DNA of 64,000 nt. Origin: Octopus bimaculoides. Lineage: Eukaryota. The translations under genes and the position numbers were made by a program. Below the pieces are notes generated by a model that was not told where the DNA came from, did not search any database, and worked only from the letters and a program-made list of their open reading frames with translations. Positions 63,528 to 64,000 of this stretch are shown in pieces. Numbering within the stretch: the stretch's first letter is position 1; each line of letters opens with the position of its first letter. The DNA lies in the NCBI RefSeq assembly GCF_001194135.2, contig NC_068986.1, positions 30,225,091 to 30,289,090 on the forward strand. Direction: 5' to 3'.

Positions 63528-63559
63528 AGACATGTTTCAGTTTTAATAGGCCTCCTCAG
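63528..63559 (-). ncRNA. Hammerhead-like motif (GAAACATGTC family); core intact, stems weak
   Basis: Minus strand CTGAGGA-GG(CCTATTAAAA)CT-GAAAC-AT-GT-C. Confidence 0.4.
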
Positions 63560-64000
63560 GAAAGTAACCTTCTTACTTACTAGATTACTAATGGTAAGAG
63601 AAATGATTGTATCGATGTAAAATAATGAATATGAGTAGGCGTCAAAAATGTTCATTTAGAGAGGAAAATCAGTAATGAAATAATAACATATTTCATTTGT
63701 TAATGACCAGTTTGATTGCAAATATGTTAGCCATAGAAAAGTCAGAGTGGCTTTCTTTTATTTTATTTTGTGTGTTTGTGTATGTGTGTGTGTGTAGATA
63801 GACATAAAAACCTGTTATAAATCTTGTAGTTTAATCTTTGGTTTGTTTCAAGTGAAAATACTTGTATCAATGCTTTTTACATTGAAAAAGAGGTGTGTGT
63901 ATTTTGGTATGTATGTGGGTGTATGTGTGCATGTGTGTGTGTGTGTGTGTGTGTGCACGTGTGTTCATGCACATGTGTGCCCATACAAATGTGTAGCATA

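Overview
AT-rich, microsatellite-rich eukaryotic DNA with 12 N-gaps (2672-2983, 11626-12260, 13885-14356, 15765-16261, 26973-27558, 28832-29095, 32613-32622, 36760-36769, 49990-50313, 52165-52716, 53243-53252, 60441-61240). The repeat families look like those of an octopus (coleoid) genome; this is recalled, not checked. Only one host coding feature is well supported: a 1.68-kb first coding exon (40692-42369, +) encoding a Ser-rich, apparently disordered N-terminus with no domain I recognise. The rest is mostly mobile DNA: several tRNA-headed SINE families (my labels A, C, D, E, G), RTE-clade LINE fragments with (GAT)n tails, mariner derivatives, hAT MITEs and TTAA-flanked MITEs. Two signals stand out. 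(1) About ten minimal hammerhead-ribozyme-like motifs of the Penelope-associated type occur, from at least four sequence families. The cleanest lies inside a tRNA-headed SINE (family E). (2) Retroposed copies repeatedly carry fold-back inverted duplications at their 5' ends. The best case is 53697-54207: a 199/196-bp hairpin inside a 15-bp target-site duplication. Its two arms differ only at the hammerhead core of the + strand arm. All ribozyme and mechanism calls come from manual inspection and need testing.
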